From: Microcystis aeruginosa NIES-843
GTDB taxonomy: Bacteria; Cyanobacteriota; Cyanobacteriia; Cyanobacteriales; Microcystaceae
Reading direction: 5' to 3'
NCBI RefSeq assembly: GCF_000010625.1
Contig: NC_010296.1
Location: 3,720,001-3,752,000 of the forward strand
DNA length: 32,000 nt
Both the position numbers and the translations under genes were made by a program. The notes beneath the pieces are model-generated. The model saw only the letters and a program-made list of their open reading frames with translations. It did no database searches and was not told the origin of the DNA. Positions 1 to 7,824 of this stretch are shown in pieces; the first letter of the stretch is position 1; each line of letters starts with the position of its first letter.

Positions 1-39
1 GGCAATGCTGATCAGGTAGAGATAGTGGACTACCACTAA
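1..39 (+). CDS. higB: 3' end of a HigB/RelE-family toxin gene, 5'-truncated by the window edge
   Basis: Frame 1 reads GNADQVEIVDYH* and ends at TAA 37-39. A C-terminal ...DYH is the usual end of HigB-type killer toxins. A HigA-type antitoxin gene starts 15 nt downstream. Confidence 0.45.
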   Translation, partial: GNADQVEIVDYH

Positions 40-54
40 AATTAGCTAAATGCA

Positions 55-408
55 ATGAACAGCAACACTTCGACACATTTCGACAGGCTCAATGTAAAAG
101 CTCAGTTCCACCGTTTGCCAAATATCCATCCCGGTGAAATCCTCAAGTTAGATTTTCTGGAACCGCTCAATATTACCCCCTACAGACTGAGCAAAGATTT
201 AAGCGTAGCTCAAACTCGTATCGGTGAGATTTTAGCTGGTAAGCGTAGTATCACTGCGGACACAGCTTTGCGTCTGTCACGATATTTTGGTAACAGTCCT
301 CAGTTTTGGCTGAATCTTCAAACAGACTACGATCTCCGTCAAGCTCAGACAAAGAATGCCGAAGTTTATAACCAAATTCCTATTACTCCATTTACAGATT
401 TAGCTTAG
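55..408 (+). CDS. higA: HigA-family antitoxin with an XRE-type helix-turn-helix
   Basis: The 117-aa ORF contains IHPGEILKLDFLEPLNITPYRLSKDLSVAQTRIGEILAGKRSITADTALRLSRYFGNSPQFWLNLQTDYDL. This is the canonical HigA/VapI HTH core, including the FWLNLQ..YDL ending. Confidence 0.85.
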   Translation: MNSNTSTHFDRLNVKAQFHRLPNIHPGEILKLDFLEPLNITPYRLSKDLSVAQTRIGEILAGKRSITADTALRLSRYFGNSPQFWLNLQTDYDLRQAQTKNAEVYNQIPITPFTDLA

Positions 409-418
409 GGGACTAATT

Positions 419-1072
419 TTATCTAGGAGGGGGGACGGGATTAGTGGGGACGGTGGGACTGGGAGAAGCGGCGGGAATGGGTGGATTTTCGGGTTTACGG
501 ACTTGGGGGACGGGTAACAGATAGAAAAGTAGGGCGCAAGCGACAAGACTGCCTAATCCTGCCAAAAAAGGTACTGTTCGACCGGCCACCGATTCATTGA
601 CCTTATGGTAGCGACGGGAAACTGGCTGTAATTTCAGGGTTAGGTCAGGTAAAGTGCGAGTATCAGCAAAAAATTGGTCAATCGCTTCTATCAAATCGAA
701 TAACTGCACGGTACTGATTTCTATCTTGACCGGACTTTCCGGGATATTCAAGTCCGTTGATGGATACCAGACCAGACGATGGAGATTATGGTCAATCTTT
801 TCTAGGTACACATGATCTGGTTCATGGACGGGGTCTTGGGGATGACGAACACCACTCAAAAATTCTTGGGCATACTGACTGACCGCTTGTACCAAATTTT
901 CCAAGAAAACCCGACCACCTTGCAGGACTTTATTGGCCCCGATTAACCGACATTCTACGTTAGTCAAAATTGAGAGTAAAGGTCGGCTATCACCGGGGTT
1001 AGCTGGGGCGAAATCATCGCCGAAACCATCGAGAATCAGGGTACAATTGGGCAGGCTATACTGTCTTCTCAT
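419..1072 (-). CDS. Conserved cyanobacterial protein, DUF4335-like, with a C-terminal TM helix and a Pro-rich tail
   Basis: The 217-aa ORF has the N-terminus MRRQYSLPNCTLILDGFGD...SILTNVECRL...VSQYAQEFLSG, which matches my recollection of the DUF4335 family. The motif FLAGLGSLVACALLFYLL looks like a TM helix. The gene sits 2 nt downstream of a DUF3038-like gene, a pairing seen in cyanobacteria. Confidence 0.6.
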   Translation of the reverse strand: MRRQYSLPNCTLILDGFGDDFAPANPGDSRPLLSILTNVECRLIGANKVLQGGRVFLENLVQAVSQYAQEFLSGVRHPQDPVHEPDHVYLEKIDHNLHRLVWYPSTDLNIPESPVKIEISTVQLFDLIEAIDQFFADTRTLPDLTLKLQPVSRRYHKVNESVAGRTVPFLAGLGSLVACALLFYLLPVPQVRKPENPPIPAASPSPTVPTNPVPPPR

Positions 1073-1074
1073 TT

Positions 1075-1701
1075 TTACACTATCTCCCCATCAAATAAAC
1101 TAATCCAAAACCGCTGCATTCCCGTCGTACCAGTACAAAATAATAACTGATCGAGGAGGGATAAAGCCAGTTCATTTAAAGCATTTTCATCGGCTAGATA
1201 AACCGATACTTTGGCCCGGCGGGGGTTCATGCGACTGCGAAAATTGGAGCGAAATCTTTCTAGGTATTCTGATAAAAGAAAATTATTATCCACGGGTAAA
1301 CCCTTTGATTCCATCTGTTGCCGCGCTAACAGTAATTGTCGGATGGATATAGCTAGGGGTTTGGCCCGGTAACTGGCAATGATAACTAAAGCTTTTGCTT
1401 GGTCAAGGGTGAGACGGTCGAGGGTGTAGGAAATTCGCCACGGATTAGTACAGCGTAAGCGCCAGAAAATAATCCGGTTTTTGACAATTTTATCGAGTCC
1501 TAGTTCTTTACAGAGGGCTAACAGGGCCTCCCCGGCACCGACTTCTAAGGATTCCAACGCTAACAGCATTAAATCGATATGCTGTTGGAGATGTAGGGCG
1601 CATTGCTGACTGGCAATCGGAAAATCGGGTAAAACGCTTAAAATAACTGGTTTTTCTGGGGCTGATGCTGTAGATTCGGGCGTTAGGCTAGTAGAGGTCA
1701 T
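1075..1701 (-). CDS. Conserved cyanobacterial protein, DUF3038-like
   Basis: The 208-aa ORF contains IDLMLLALESLEV...IFWRLRCTNPWR...LTLDQAKALVIIASY...IRQLLL, which fits remembered DUF3038 conservation. It is tightly coupled to the downstream DUF4335-like gene. Confidence 0.6.
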   Translation of the reverse strand: MTSTSLTPESTASAPEKPVILSVLPDFPIASQQCALHLQQHIDLMLLALESLEVGAGEALLALCKELGLDKIVKNRIIFWRLRCTNPWRISYTLDRLTLDQAKALVIIASYRAKPLAISIRQLLLARQQMESKGLPVDNNFLLSEYLERFRSNFRSRMNPRRAKVSVYLADENALNELALSLLDQLLFCTGTTGMQRFWISLFDGEIV

Positions 1702-1791
1702 GATATAGGAGAACTAAAACACAAGGGCGATCGAGTCAGGGTGTTGTAAATTGTATTGTATATATAAGTAGGTAGGTGTTAAAAGTTCTCA

Positions 1792-1841
1792 GATCCCCCC
1801 GCCTATCGGCACCCCCCTTATCAAGGGGGGCAGGGGGGATC
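1792..1841. repeat. Nested G/C-rich palindrome (hairpin within a hairpin) in a divergent intergenic region
   Basis: The outer arms are gatccccccgcc (1792-1803) and ggcaggggggatc (1829-1841). The inner arms are cccccctt (1812-1819) and aagggggg (1823-1830), with a 3-nt loop. It lies between the divergent DUF3038-like and apt genes. Confidence 0.6.
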
Positions 1842-1917
1842 AGAGGCAAAATCTATCTTCAATTTAATTATAACTACTTACTTAGCTGTCCCCCATTTTA
1901 CGAGACACGGAAACCGA

Positions 1918-2436
1918 ATGGATCTGAAATCACTGATTCGCGATATTCCTGACTTTCCCAAACCGGGTATTGTCTTCCGCGATATTACTACCCTACTCAA
2001 TCATCCCCAAGGATTACGTTACACGATCGATACCCTAACGGCAAAGTGTCGCGATTACGGTTTATCCCCCGATTACATTGTCGGTATGGAATCCAGGGGT
2101 TTTCTCTTTGGTGTTCCTTTAGCATACCAATTAGAAGCGGGATTTATTCCTGTCCGGAAACCGGGCAAATTACCCGCCGCCGTTCATAGTATCGAGTATG
2201 ATTTGGAATACGGAAGCGATAGCCTGGAAATTCATCAGGACGCGGTGGCATCCCATCATAAAGTCTTAATTGTCGATGATTTAATCGCGACGGGAGGGAC
2301 GGCGAAAGCGACGGCCGGTTTATTAGAAAAAATTGGTTGCGAGGTGTTAGGATTTGCCTTTATCATCGAGTTAATCGACCTTGGTGGTCGGGAAAAATTA
2401 CCCGATTTACCGATTATTACCCTCATCGATTATTAG
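1918..2436 (+). CDS. apt: Adenine phosphoribosyltransferase
   Basis: The 172-aa ORF has the typical Apt N-terminus ([25 protein letters not shown]), the ESRGF motif, and the PRPP-binding loop [16 protein letters not shown]. Confidence 0.95.
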   Translation: MDLKSLIRDIPDFPKPGIVFRDITTLLNHPQGLRYTIDTLTAKCRDYGLSPDYIVGMESRGFLFGVPLAYQLEAGFIPVRKPGKLPAAVHSIEYDLEYGSDSLEIHQDAVASHHKVLIVDDLIATGGTAKATAGLLEKIGCEVLGFAFIIELIDLGGREKLPDLPIITLIDY

Positions 2437-2456
2437 GTTTTTTTTTAAGTACCTAA

Positions 2457-2527
2457 GCAGAATTAATTACACATTTCGCTAACACTCTGGCAAGAGTGCC
2501 TATCTCAAAAATGGCAATTAATTCTGC
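2457..2527. repeat. Perfect 12-bp inverted repeat enclosing a second small hairpin, located between apt and the permease gene
   Basis: gcagaattaatt (2457-2468) is the exact reverse complement of aattaattctgc (2516-2527). Inside the repeat, cactct (2483-2488) pairs with agagtg (2493-2498) around a ggca loop. Confidence 0.5.
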
Positions 2528-2579
2528 GCGACTATTTATCTCCTGACTCCTGAATTGGAGTCCCCACTAGGAAATTAAC

Positions 2580-3656
2580 TTGGCACGATTACTTATGACG
2601 GCGACCGATGATAATTATAAGGCTGCAACCGCTCGATCGAGTGCTAATGGGTTACAATCTCTCCTAACTAGCGAAACTTTTTTATATATTGTCAAGCGTG
2701 TTCTCCAGGGTTTATTAACTCTGTTGTTGGCCTCGGCTTTGAGTTTCGCTATTATCCAATTAACCCCCGGCGGTTTTCTGGCTTTGCTTGACCTTAATCC
2801 CAAGATTAGTCAGGAAACTAAAGAACAATATATTGCCCTTTTTGGTTTAAAAGACCCGCCGATTGTCCAGTATTTTAAATGGTTGTGGCAAGTGGTAACT
2901 CAGTTTAATTTTGGTCTGAGTTTTACCTATTTTCGTCCCGTGTCTTCCCTATTATTAGAGAGAATTCCAGCGACGTTATTAATGTCTTTGACTTCCATCA
3001 TTTTAACCTGGGCGATCGCGATTCCCTTGGGCATTCTCAGCGCCGTCAAACAAAACCAATTTATCGATAAATTTTTCCGAGTTATCAGTTATCTTGGTCA
3101 AGGTTTCCCCAGTTTTATCACTGCCCTTTTACTGCTAATTCTCGCCCAAAATGTCTCGCCGCTTTTACCGGTGGGTGATATGACCAGTATTAACTATTCG
3201 GAATATTCCCCTATCGGTAAAGTTTTAGATATCGCTTGGCACATGATTTTACCAACTATTGCCCTGACAGTTACCAGTTTTGCAGGATTACAAAGATTGA
3301 TGCGGGGACAATTGTTAGATGTTCTGCGACAGGATTATATTCAAACCGCGAGGGCGAAAGGTTTACCGGAAAATAAAGTTATCTATGTCCACGCTTTACG
3401 CAATGCTATTAATCCCCTGATAACTCTTTTGGGCTTTGAATTTTCTAGTTTGTTAAGTGGGGCATTTATCGCCGAATTTTTCTTTAACTGGCCCGGATTA
3501 GGTCGTTTAATTCTGCAAGCTGTGACTGCTAAAGATTTATATTTAGTTATGGGCAGTTTAATGATGGGTGCTACTATGTTGATTATCGGTAATCTTCTGG
3601 CTGATTTACTTCTCAAAGCTGTAGATCCTAGAATTAAATTGGAGGATTTAAAGTAG
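2580..3656 (+). CDS. ABC transporter permease, oligopeptide/dipeptide (OppB/DppB) type
   Basis: The 358-aa ORF is polytopic. Its N-terminal LYIVKRVLQGLLTLL is typical of OppB/DppB. It carries the EAA-loop signature DYIQTARAKGLPENKVIYVHALRNAINPLIT. The start is either TTG 2580 or ATG 2595. Confidence 0.85.
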   Translation: MARLLMTATDDNYKAATARSSANGLQSLLTSETFLYIVKRVLQGLLTLLLASALSFAIIQLTPGGFLALLDLNPKISQETKEQYIALFGLKDPPIVQYFKWLWQVVTQFNFGLSFTYFRPVSSLLLERIPATLLMSLTSIILTWAIAIPLGILSAVKQNQFIDKFFRVISYLGQGFPSFITALLLLILAQNVSPLLPVGDMTSINYSEYSPIGKVLDIAWHMILPTIALTVTSFAGLQRLMRGQLLDVLRQDYIQTARAKGLPENKVIYVHALRNAINPLITLLGFEFSSLLSGAFIAEFFFNWPGLGRLILQAVTAKDLYLVMGSLMMGATMLIIGNLLADLLLKAVDPRIKLEDLK

Positions 3657-3782
3657 GGGAAATGGGGAAATTTTATCAGTTATCAGTAAACAGTAATCAG
3701 TTATCAGTGGGGAGATGGGGAGATGGGGGAAATTCCACTAAAACCCTAAAACCCCAAAACCCAACCCCTAACCCCCAACCCC
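3657..3782. repeat. Low-complexity intergenic repeat block with ttatcag repeats, a G-rich ggggagat run and a C-rich cccnaa run
   Basis: The block contains cagttatcagt twice, then ggggagatggggagatggggg (about 3709-3729), then aaaaccctaaaaccccaaaacccaacccctaacccccaacccc (about 3740-3782). The G-rich and C-rich halves could pair imperfectly. Confidence 0.6.
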
Positions 3783-3828
3783 TTTTTTCCTTTTCACTTT
3801 TTACTTAAGTAGGGAGGCACAATTATTT

Positions 3829-3893
3829 GTAGGATGGGTTAGCGGTAGCGTAACCCATGCAGGCGTTGGGTTTCATGCTTCAACCCAACCTAC
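3829..3893. repeat. Structured dispersed-repeat-like element with two tandem hairpins flanked by gtagg...cctac
   Basis: In the first hairpin, atgggtta pairs with taacccat. In the second, gttgggtt pairs with aacccaac. The outer gtagg/cctac ends are also complementary. It resembles the gttgggtt/aacccaac repeat family I recall from cyanobacterial intergenic regions. Confidence 0.55.
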
Positions 3894-3934
3894 GTTCATC
3901 TTATATTTAATTCCACCCACCCACTTAACAAACT

Positions 3935-4243
3935 ATGTTAGCAACTACACATTATTTACTCAGGTCAAAACAAGACGGACAATACCTAGTAGCGCGTCTG
4001 AGAAAAGGTGAAAGCGAAACTCCAGCTAGTTATCTGCTTCTGTTTAAAGAATCCTACGATGCTTTAAGTTATATCAACACCCATGCTCAGGATTTAGCCA
4101 ATAATTTTTCTGTGGAAACTCTCTCAGGAACACAATTAAAGGGACTGATGCAGCGATGGGGATTTGCAGGAATTGGTTTAGTTAGTGAACCTTTGGAACC
4201 ACAGGTGCAGTTTTTAGCCTACGAAAAAGGATTTAATCTCTAA
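3935..4243 (+). CDS. Small conserved hypothetical protein, possibly DUF3110-like
   Basis: The 102-aa ORF is followed 3 nt later by the next gene. The pattern YLLLFKESYDALSYI...VETLSGTQLKGLMQRWGF loosely recalls DUF3110. I cannot verify that assignment. Confidence 0.5.
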   Translation: MLATTHYLLRSKQDGQYLVARLRKGESETPASYLLLFKESYDALSYINTHAQDLANNFSVETLSGTQLKGLMQRWGFAGIGLVSEPLEPQVQFLAYEKGFNL

Positions 4244-4246
4244 ACT

Positions 4247-5125
4247 ATGAAAACGCTGTTAATCACTGGAGTTAGTGGGTTTTTAGGTTGGCATATTTAC
4301 CAAAAAACGCGCTCATCTTGGGCAAGTTTTGGTACATATTTTAATCACAATGTCAATAGTAATGACCCGAATTTAATTAAAATTAACTTAACAGACTTAG
4401 CCGCAGTTAGAGAACTTTTTCAACAGATTAAACCCGACGCGGTAATTCATGGGGCTGCCCAATCAAAACCGAATCTCTGTCAAGAATTTCCCCAAGCATC
4501 CGAGGCAATTAATCTGACAGCTTCTCTAGAAATTGCCCGTTTATGTAGTCAATATCAAATACCGCTAGTTTTTACCTCTACCGATTTAGTTTTTGATGGT
4601 AAAAATGCCCCCTATTCCGAAAATGATACCGTTTCTCCCGTCAGTGTCTATGGTGAGCAAAAAGTAGCGGCAGAAAAGGGTATTTTAGCAATATATCCTC
4701 GGGCGGCTATTTGTCGAATGCCTTTGATGTTTGGTTCCCCTTCTCCCACCGCTAATAGTTTTCTGCAACCCTTTTTAAAAACCCTCCAAGAGGGAAAAGA
4801 ATTATCTCTATTTACCGATGAATATCGGACGGCTGTTGGGGTTAATAGTGCGGTGAATGGTTTACTTTTGGCATTAGAAAAAGTGCAAGGGATTATTCAT
4901 CTGGGGGGTAAAGAAAGAGTTTCTCGTTATCAATTTGGTTTACTAATGGCGGCAGTTTTTAACATTTCCATAGAACAAATAAAACCCTGTTTACAGTGCG
5001 ATGTTCCCATGATTGCGCCGCGTCCGCAGGATGTTTCTCTTGATAGTTCTCTTGCTTTTTCTTTAGGTTATCAACCATTAAGTATTAAAACCGAATTAGA
5101 GGCAATTAGAGATGAAATTATCTGA
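4247..5125 (+). CDS. SDR-family NAD(P)-dependent reductase, RmlD-like (dTDP-4-dehydrorhamnose reductase type)
   Basis: The 292-aa ORF has the Rossmann motif MKTLLITGVSGFLGWH, the STDLVFDG motif typical of RmlD, and the catalytic YGEQK (YxxxK). Confidence 0.8.
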   Translation: MKTLLITGVSGFLGWHIYQKTRSSWASFGTYFNHNVNSNDPNLIKINLTDLAAVRELFQQIKPDAVIHGAAQSKPNLCQEFPQASEAINLTASLEIARLCSQYQIPLVFTSTDLVFDGKNAPYSENDTVSPVSVYGEQKVAAEKGILAIYPRAAICRMPLMFGSPSPTANSFLQPFLKTLQEGKELSLFTDEYRTAVGVNSAVNGLLLALEKVQGIIHLGGKERVSRYQFGLLMAAVFNISIEQIKPCLQCDVPMIAPRPQDVSLDSSLAFSLGYQPLSIKTELEAIRDEII

Positions 5126-5264
5126 ACAAAAGCGGACTATATTAATTATCTTGCTCCTTTTTTTTACCGCTATTCTCATGGCCAATTATTTTGAGGTAGG
5201 GATGACAGGAGTGTTAGCTTTTTTCGTTGCCTATCTTTCTAAAGGAATGCGAAAAGTTAAGTAG
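5112..5264 (+). CDS. Possible 50-aa two-TM small membrane protein (not in the supplied ORF track)
   Basis: ATG 5112 overlaps the last codons of the reductase gene by 14 nt. The ORF reads MKLSEQKRTILIILLLFFTAILMANYFEVGMTGVLAFFVAYLSKGMRKVK* and stops at TAG 5262-5264. It has two hydrophobic segments. There is no homology evidence. Confidence 0.3.
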   Translation: MKLSEQKRTILIILLLFFTAILMANYFEVGMTGVLAFFVAYLSKGMRKVK

Positions 5265-5468
5265 GGTATGCTGAAAAAGCCTGAAATGCCGATAGGAAAA
5301 AGGTAAAATATCCTAAAAGTCCTGCACTTTTTTATTCAGTACATATGTATAGAATCTCGGCGGCAACTCCATCAGAACCAGAATCATTTGAATTACCCTT
5401 TGCAATTTAATTGGCGTATTTACCTGCTTATTTTCCCGACTTCTCTCCTATTTTAGTCTTTTATTAAG

Positions 5469-6938
5469 TCATTTTTTAAGCATTTGGTTATAAACTTGTC
5501 GTGAAAGAATTGGGAAAAACTCTTTATCTTGATAAAACTTTTTTTCCTCTCCAAAGACAACTAAAATATAATGAGCTTTGTTATCAGGACTGACGATAAT
5601 AGCCGCATCATTTCGATTATTAAATGTCCAGCCCATCTTAGCATAAAATTGAGTGTTAACCGGGAGAGATTGACCTAAAAAGTTTTGGATAGGATTAAAA
5701 GGTTTTTCTTTCCACGCTTGAGGATGTAAATCTCGTTTAATTAATTGTTTAATCGCTTGGCTATAAGCTGGCGAAATGGCTTGTTCTTGCTCAATTTCGA
5801 GAAGCAATCTAGCAACGCTATAGGTATTTAAATAATTTCGTCTCGGTGGTGAGCTTTTGCCGTTAAGCTGACGAATTTGTTGGTCTGGTCCGGCTGGATC
5901 CTCGAGTAGATTGGGGATAGGAAAAGTTTTCTGACTAATATTAAGGGGGTAATTAACAGAATCAACAAAATAGGATGCAAAAAAATCATTAAGAGCATAA
6001 CGTTTTCTCCTCCATTCGTTGAGTTTTTCTGGTGTGAGGTCTTTTTGACTCGATTTGGTTTGAGTAATGTTATCAACAATAATACTAGCCGATTCATTAT
6101 CGGAATCTTTAATCATTTTAGAAATAACTTTGAGTTTTTCTGGAGGAATTTGATTCGGCTCAATTCCTTGATAATAATATTGACTATAGAGAACTACTAG
6201 CCAGAAAAGCTTGACAATACTAGCCGGATATCTCAATTCACTATCTTGATAAGCAGCATAAGCGCAACATTCGGATTGATTTAAGTCAACTAAACTGATA
6301 GATAATTTATCTATTGGTAACTTTCTAGATCGAGCTAAACTTACAATATTGTCAACGATTTTTTGCAATTCTTTATCTTGATAAAAAGTAGGCGACTGTT
6401 TAACGTTATAAGTTAGCTGATTAGACTGACTAGGAAGTTGAGGTGTTAAAGGTGTTAGGGACAAATCATTAACGGGCGTTTTTCTGGGCAGATTAGTTGT
6501 ATTTTGCGAGCTTACTATCAGGTTAATTTGATAATCTAAGTTATCTTCTTGCGTCTCTATGACTAGCGAATAGTCGCCTGTTTCCGACAGAATCGTTTTA
6601 TAATCTCCTTGAAGATTTTGGTATTTATTACTTGGAAAAACTAGGCTTATTTTTTGATTAGTTGTTAATTGCAATTGCTGTCCTTGAATGCCCTGAAATT
6701 CATAACATAGGGTTTTATTGTGATCAACTTTACCTCCAATGGACTTAGGAACACCGTTAATTAACAATAATTTAGTTATCCTACAGGATTCGTTTTTGGA
6801 GGAGTTTAAGATGAGATACAGAGCGATTGCAGATGTTACAAAAAAAGAAATTAAGATGGGCAAAAACCTAGACCATTGGATATGGTAAGTCTTCGATTGT
6901 GTTCTGACTTTTATTGACTTTCTTCTTTTTCTTTCCAT
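5469..6938 (-). CDS. Membrane-anchored serine hydrolase, class-A beta-lactamase-like, with an N-terminal PPC-like beta-sandwich domain
   Basis: The 489-aa ORF has an N-terminal TM segment (FLPILISFFVTSAIALYLIL). It carries an SxxK motif (ASIVKLF), an SDN motif (KDSDNES) and a KTG-like motif (AKMGWT) in the class-A order and spacing. An upstream about 70-aa domain is shared with the neighbouring lipoprotein. Confidence 0.75.
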   Translation of the reverse strand: MERKRRKSIKVRTQSKTYHIQWSRFLPILISFFVTSAIALYLILNSSKNESCRITKLLLINGVPKSIGGKVDHNKTLCYEFQGIQGQQLQLTTNQKISLVFPSNKYQNLQGDYKTILSETGDYSLVIETQEDNLDYQINLIVSSQNTTNLPRKTPVNDLSLTPLTPQLPSQSNQLTYNVKQSPTFYQDKELQKIVDNIVSLARSRKLPIDKLSISLVDLNQSECCAYAAYQDSELRYPASIVKLFWLVVLYSQYYYQGIEPNQIPPEKLKVISKMIKDSDNESASIIVDNITQTKSSQKDLTPEKLNEWRRKRYALNDFFASYFVDSVNYPLNISQKTFPIPNLLEDPAGPDQQIRQLNGKSSPPRRNYLNTYSVARLLLEIEQEQAISPAYSQAIKQLIKRDLHPQAWKEKPFNPIQNFLGQSLPVNTQFYAKMGWTFNNRNDAAIIVSPDNKAHYILVVFGEEKKFYQDKEFFPILSRQVYNQMLKK

Positions 6939-6940
6939 GA

Positions 6941-7795
6941 TTAAGTTCCTACCTTATAGTTAATAATTTTCCAATTTTCACTCTCTTTTTTAAACCAATA
7001 GGTAACATTTTTTTGATAAGTCTGGGTTGGGGTTCCACATCCAGCACTTCTGGGACCATGGAGTGTAAGTTGTTCCGTTACATTGACTGTTATTGAAGGT
7101 GACGAACCTGAAGGATCAAAAGAGACTATCCGATTAATATTGGAAAAATCATAAGTATAATAACAGCCTTTAGAGCGCAGCCAACCCACTGTCCCCCCAC
7201 AGATTCCATCATTACATTTTTCTAAGGTATTAGAATAAAGTTCTCCGGTGGCGTATTGCTTCACTAAGCTGTCGTCAAAAGAAGAACCGAAAGCCTGTCT
7301 TTTAACTTCATACCAACGTTTAACAAGTTTTGCTGCTTCATCTTGTGTGAGATCATGGGAAGATGAGGGAGATGGAGAGAGTCTTGGTGTCGGTGTCGGG
7401 GAAGAAGCGAGCGTTCCTAAACTTATATCTATCTTAAAAGTTTTAGAACCTTTGGGGGCAGCAATTTGCAGCAAATACTTTCCGTCTTCTGGCAATTTTG
7501 TTCCTTGTAAAATTTGATTGTCTGGACTATAAAGCCACACACAGATATCATCATCTGTGTTATAGCTAAGGTTTTGTCCTGACTTTCCTGTAAAAGTGTA
7601 TCCGACAGCTTTAGTGGCACTAACCTGATTAGATTTTGTGATAGTTTCAGTTGTTAGGTTAACATTTTCTAGATTTTCTGCAATGAGAATAGCTGTGGGT
7701 TTTTGAGGACATTCTGAAGTTGTTTGAGGTTGATTAAACTGAAAATTACAACTACTGAGAAAAAAGAGAGATGAATAAATAAGGATCTGTTTCAT
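6941..7795 (-). CDS. Lipoprotein with a PPC-like domain, a Pro/Ser linker and an ARC6-IMS/DUF4101-like C-terminal domain
   Basis: I moved the start to ATG 7795. That gives MKQILIYSSLFFLSSC, a lipobox-like LSSC, and removes the overlap with the upstream gene. The C-terminus (AAKLVKRWYEVKRQAFG...ELYSNTL...WLRSKGCYYTYDF...ENWKIINYKV) matches the DUF4101 pattern found in ARC6/Ftn2. Confidence 0.7.
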   Translation of the reverse strand: MKQILIYSSLFFLSSCNFQFNQPQTTSECPQKPTAILIAENLENVNLTTETITKSNQVSATKAVGYTFTGKSGQNLSYNTDDDICVWLYSPDNQILQGTKLPEDGKYLLQIAAPKGSKTFKIDISLGTLASSPTPTPRLSPSPSSSHDLTQDEAAKLVKRWYEVKRQAFGSSFDDSLVKQYATGELYSNTLEKCNDGICGGTVGWLRSKGCYYTYDFSNINRIVSFDPSGSSPSITVNVTEQLTLHGPRSAGCGTPTQTYQKNVTYWFKKESENWKIINYKVGT

Positions 7796-7824
7796 GACTT
7801 TACAAGTGCCGAAAATATTTAGGA

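Noticed and set aside
2615-3616. Minus-strand ORFs 2615-2803 and 3383-3616 inside the permease gene
   Set aside because: They are antisense shadows of a well-supported ABC permease CDS. Their products are basic and low-complexity, with no RBS or recognisable motif.
5315-5334. Hairpin aaaagt-cctgc-actttt plus a T-run between convergent genes
   Set aside because: The stem is only 6 bp and entirely weak. It is a plausible but unsupported terminator.
5828-7620. ORFs 5828-6097, 7248-7517 and 7429-7620 overlapping the hydrolase and lipoprotein genes
   Set aside because: They lie in other frames or on the other strand of longer ORFs that carry clear catalytic or domain motifs. There is no independent evidence for them.
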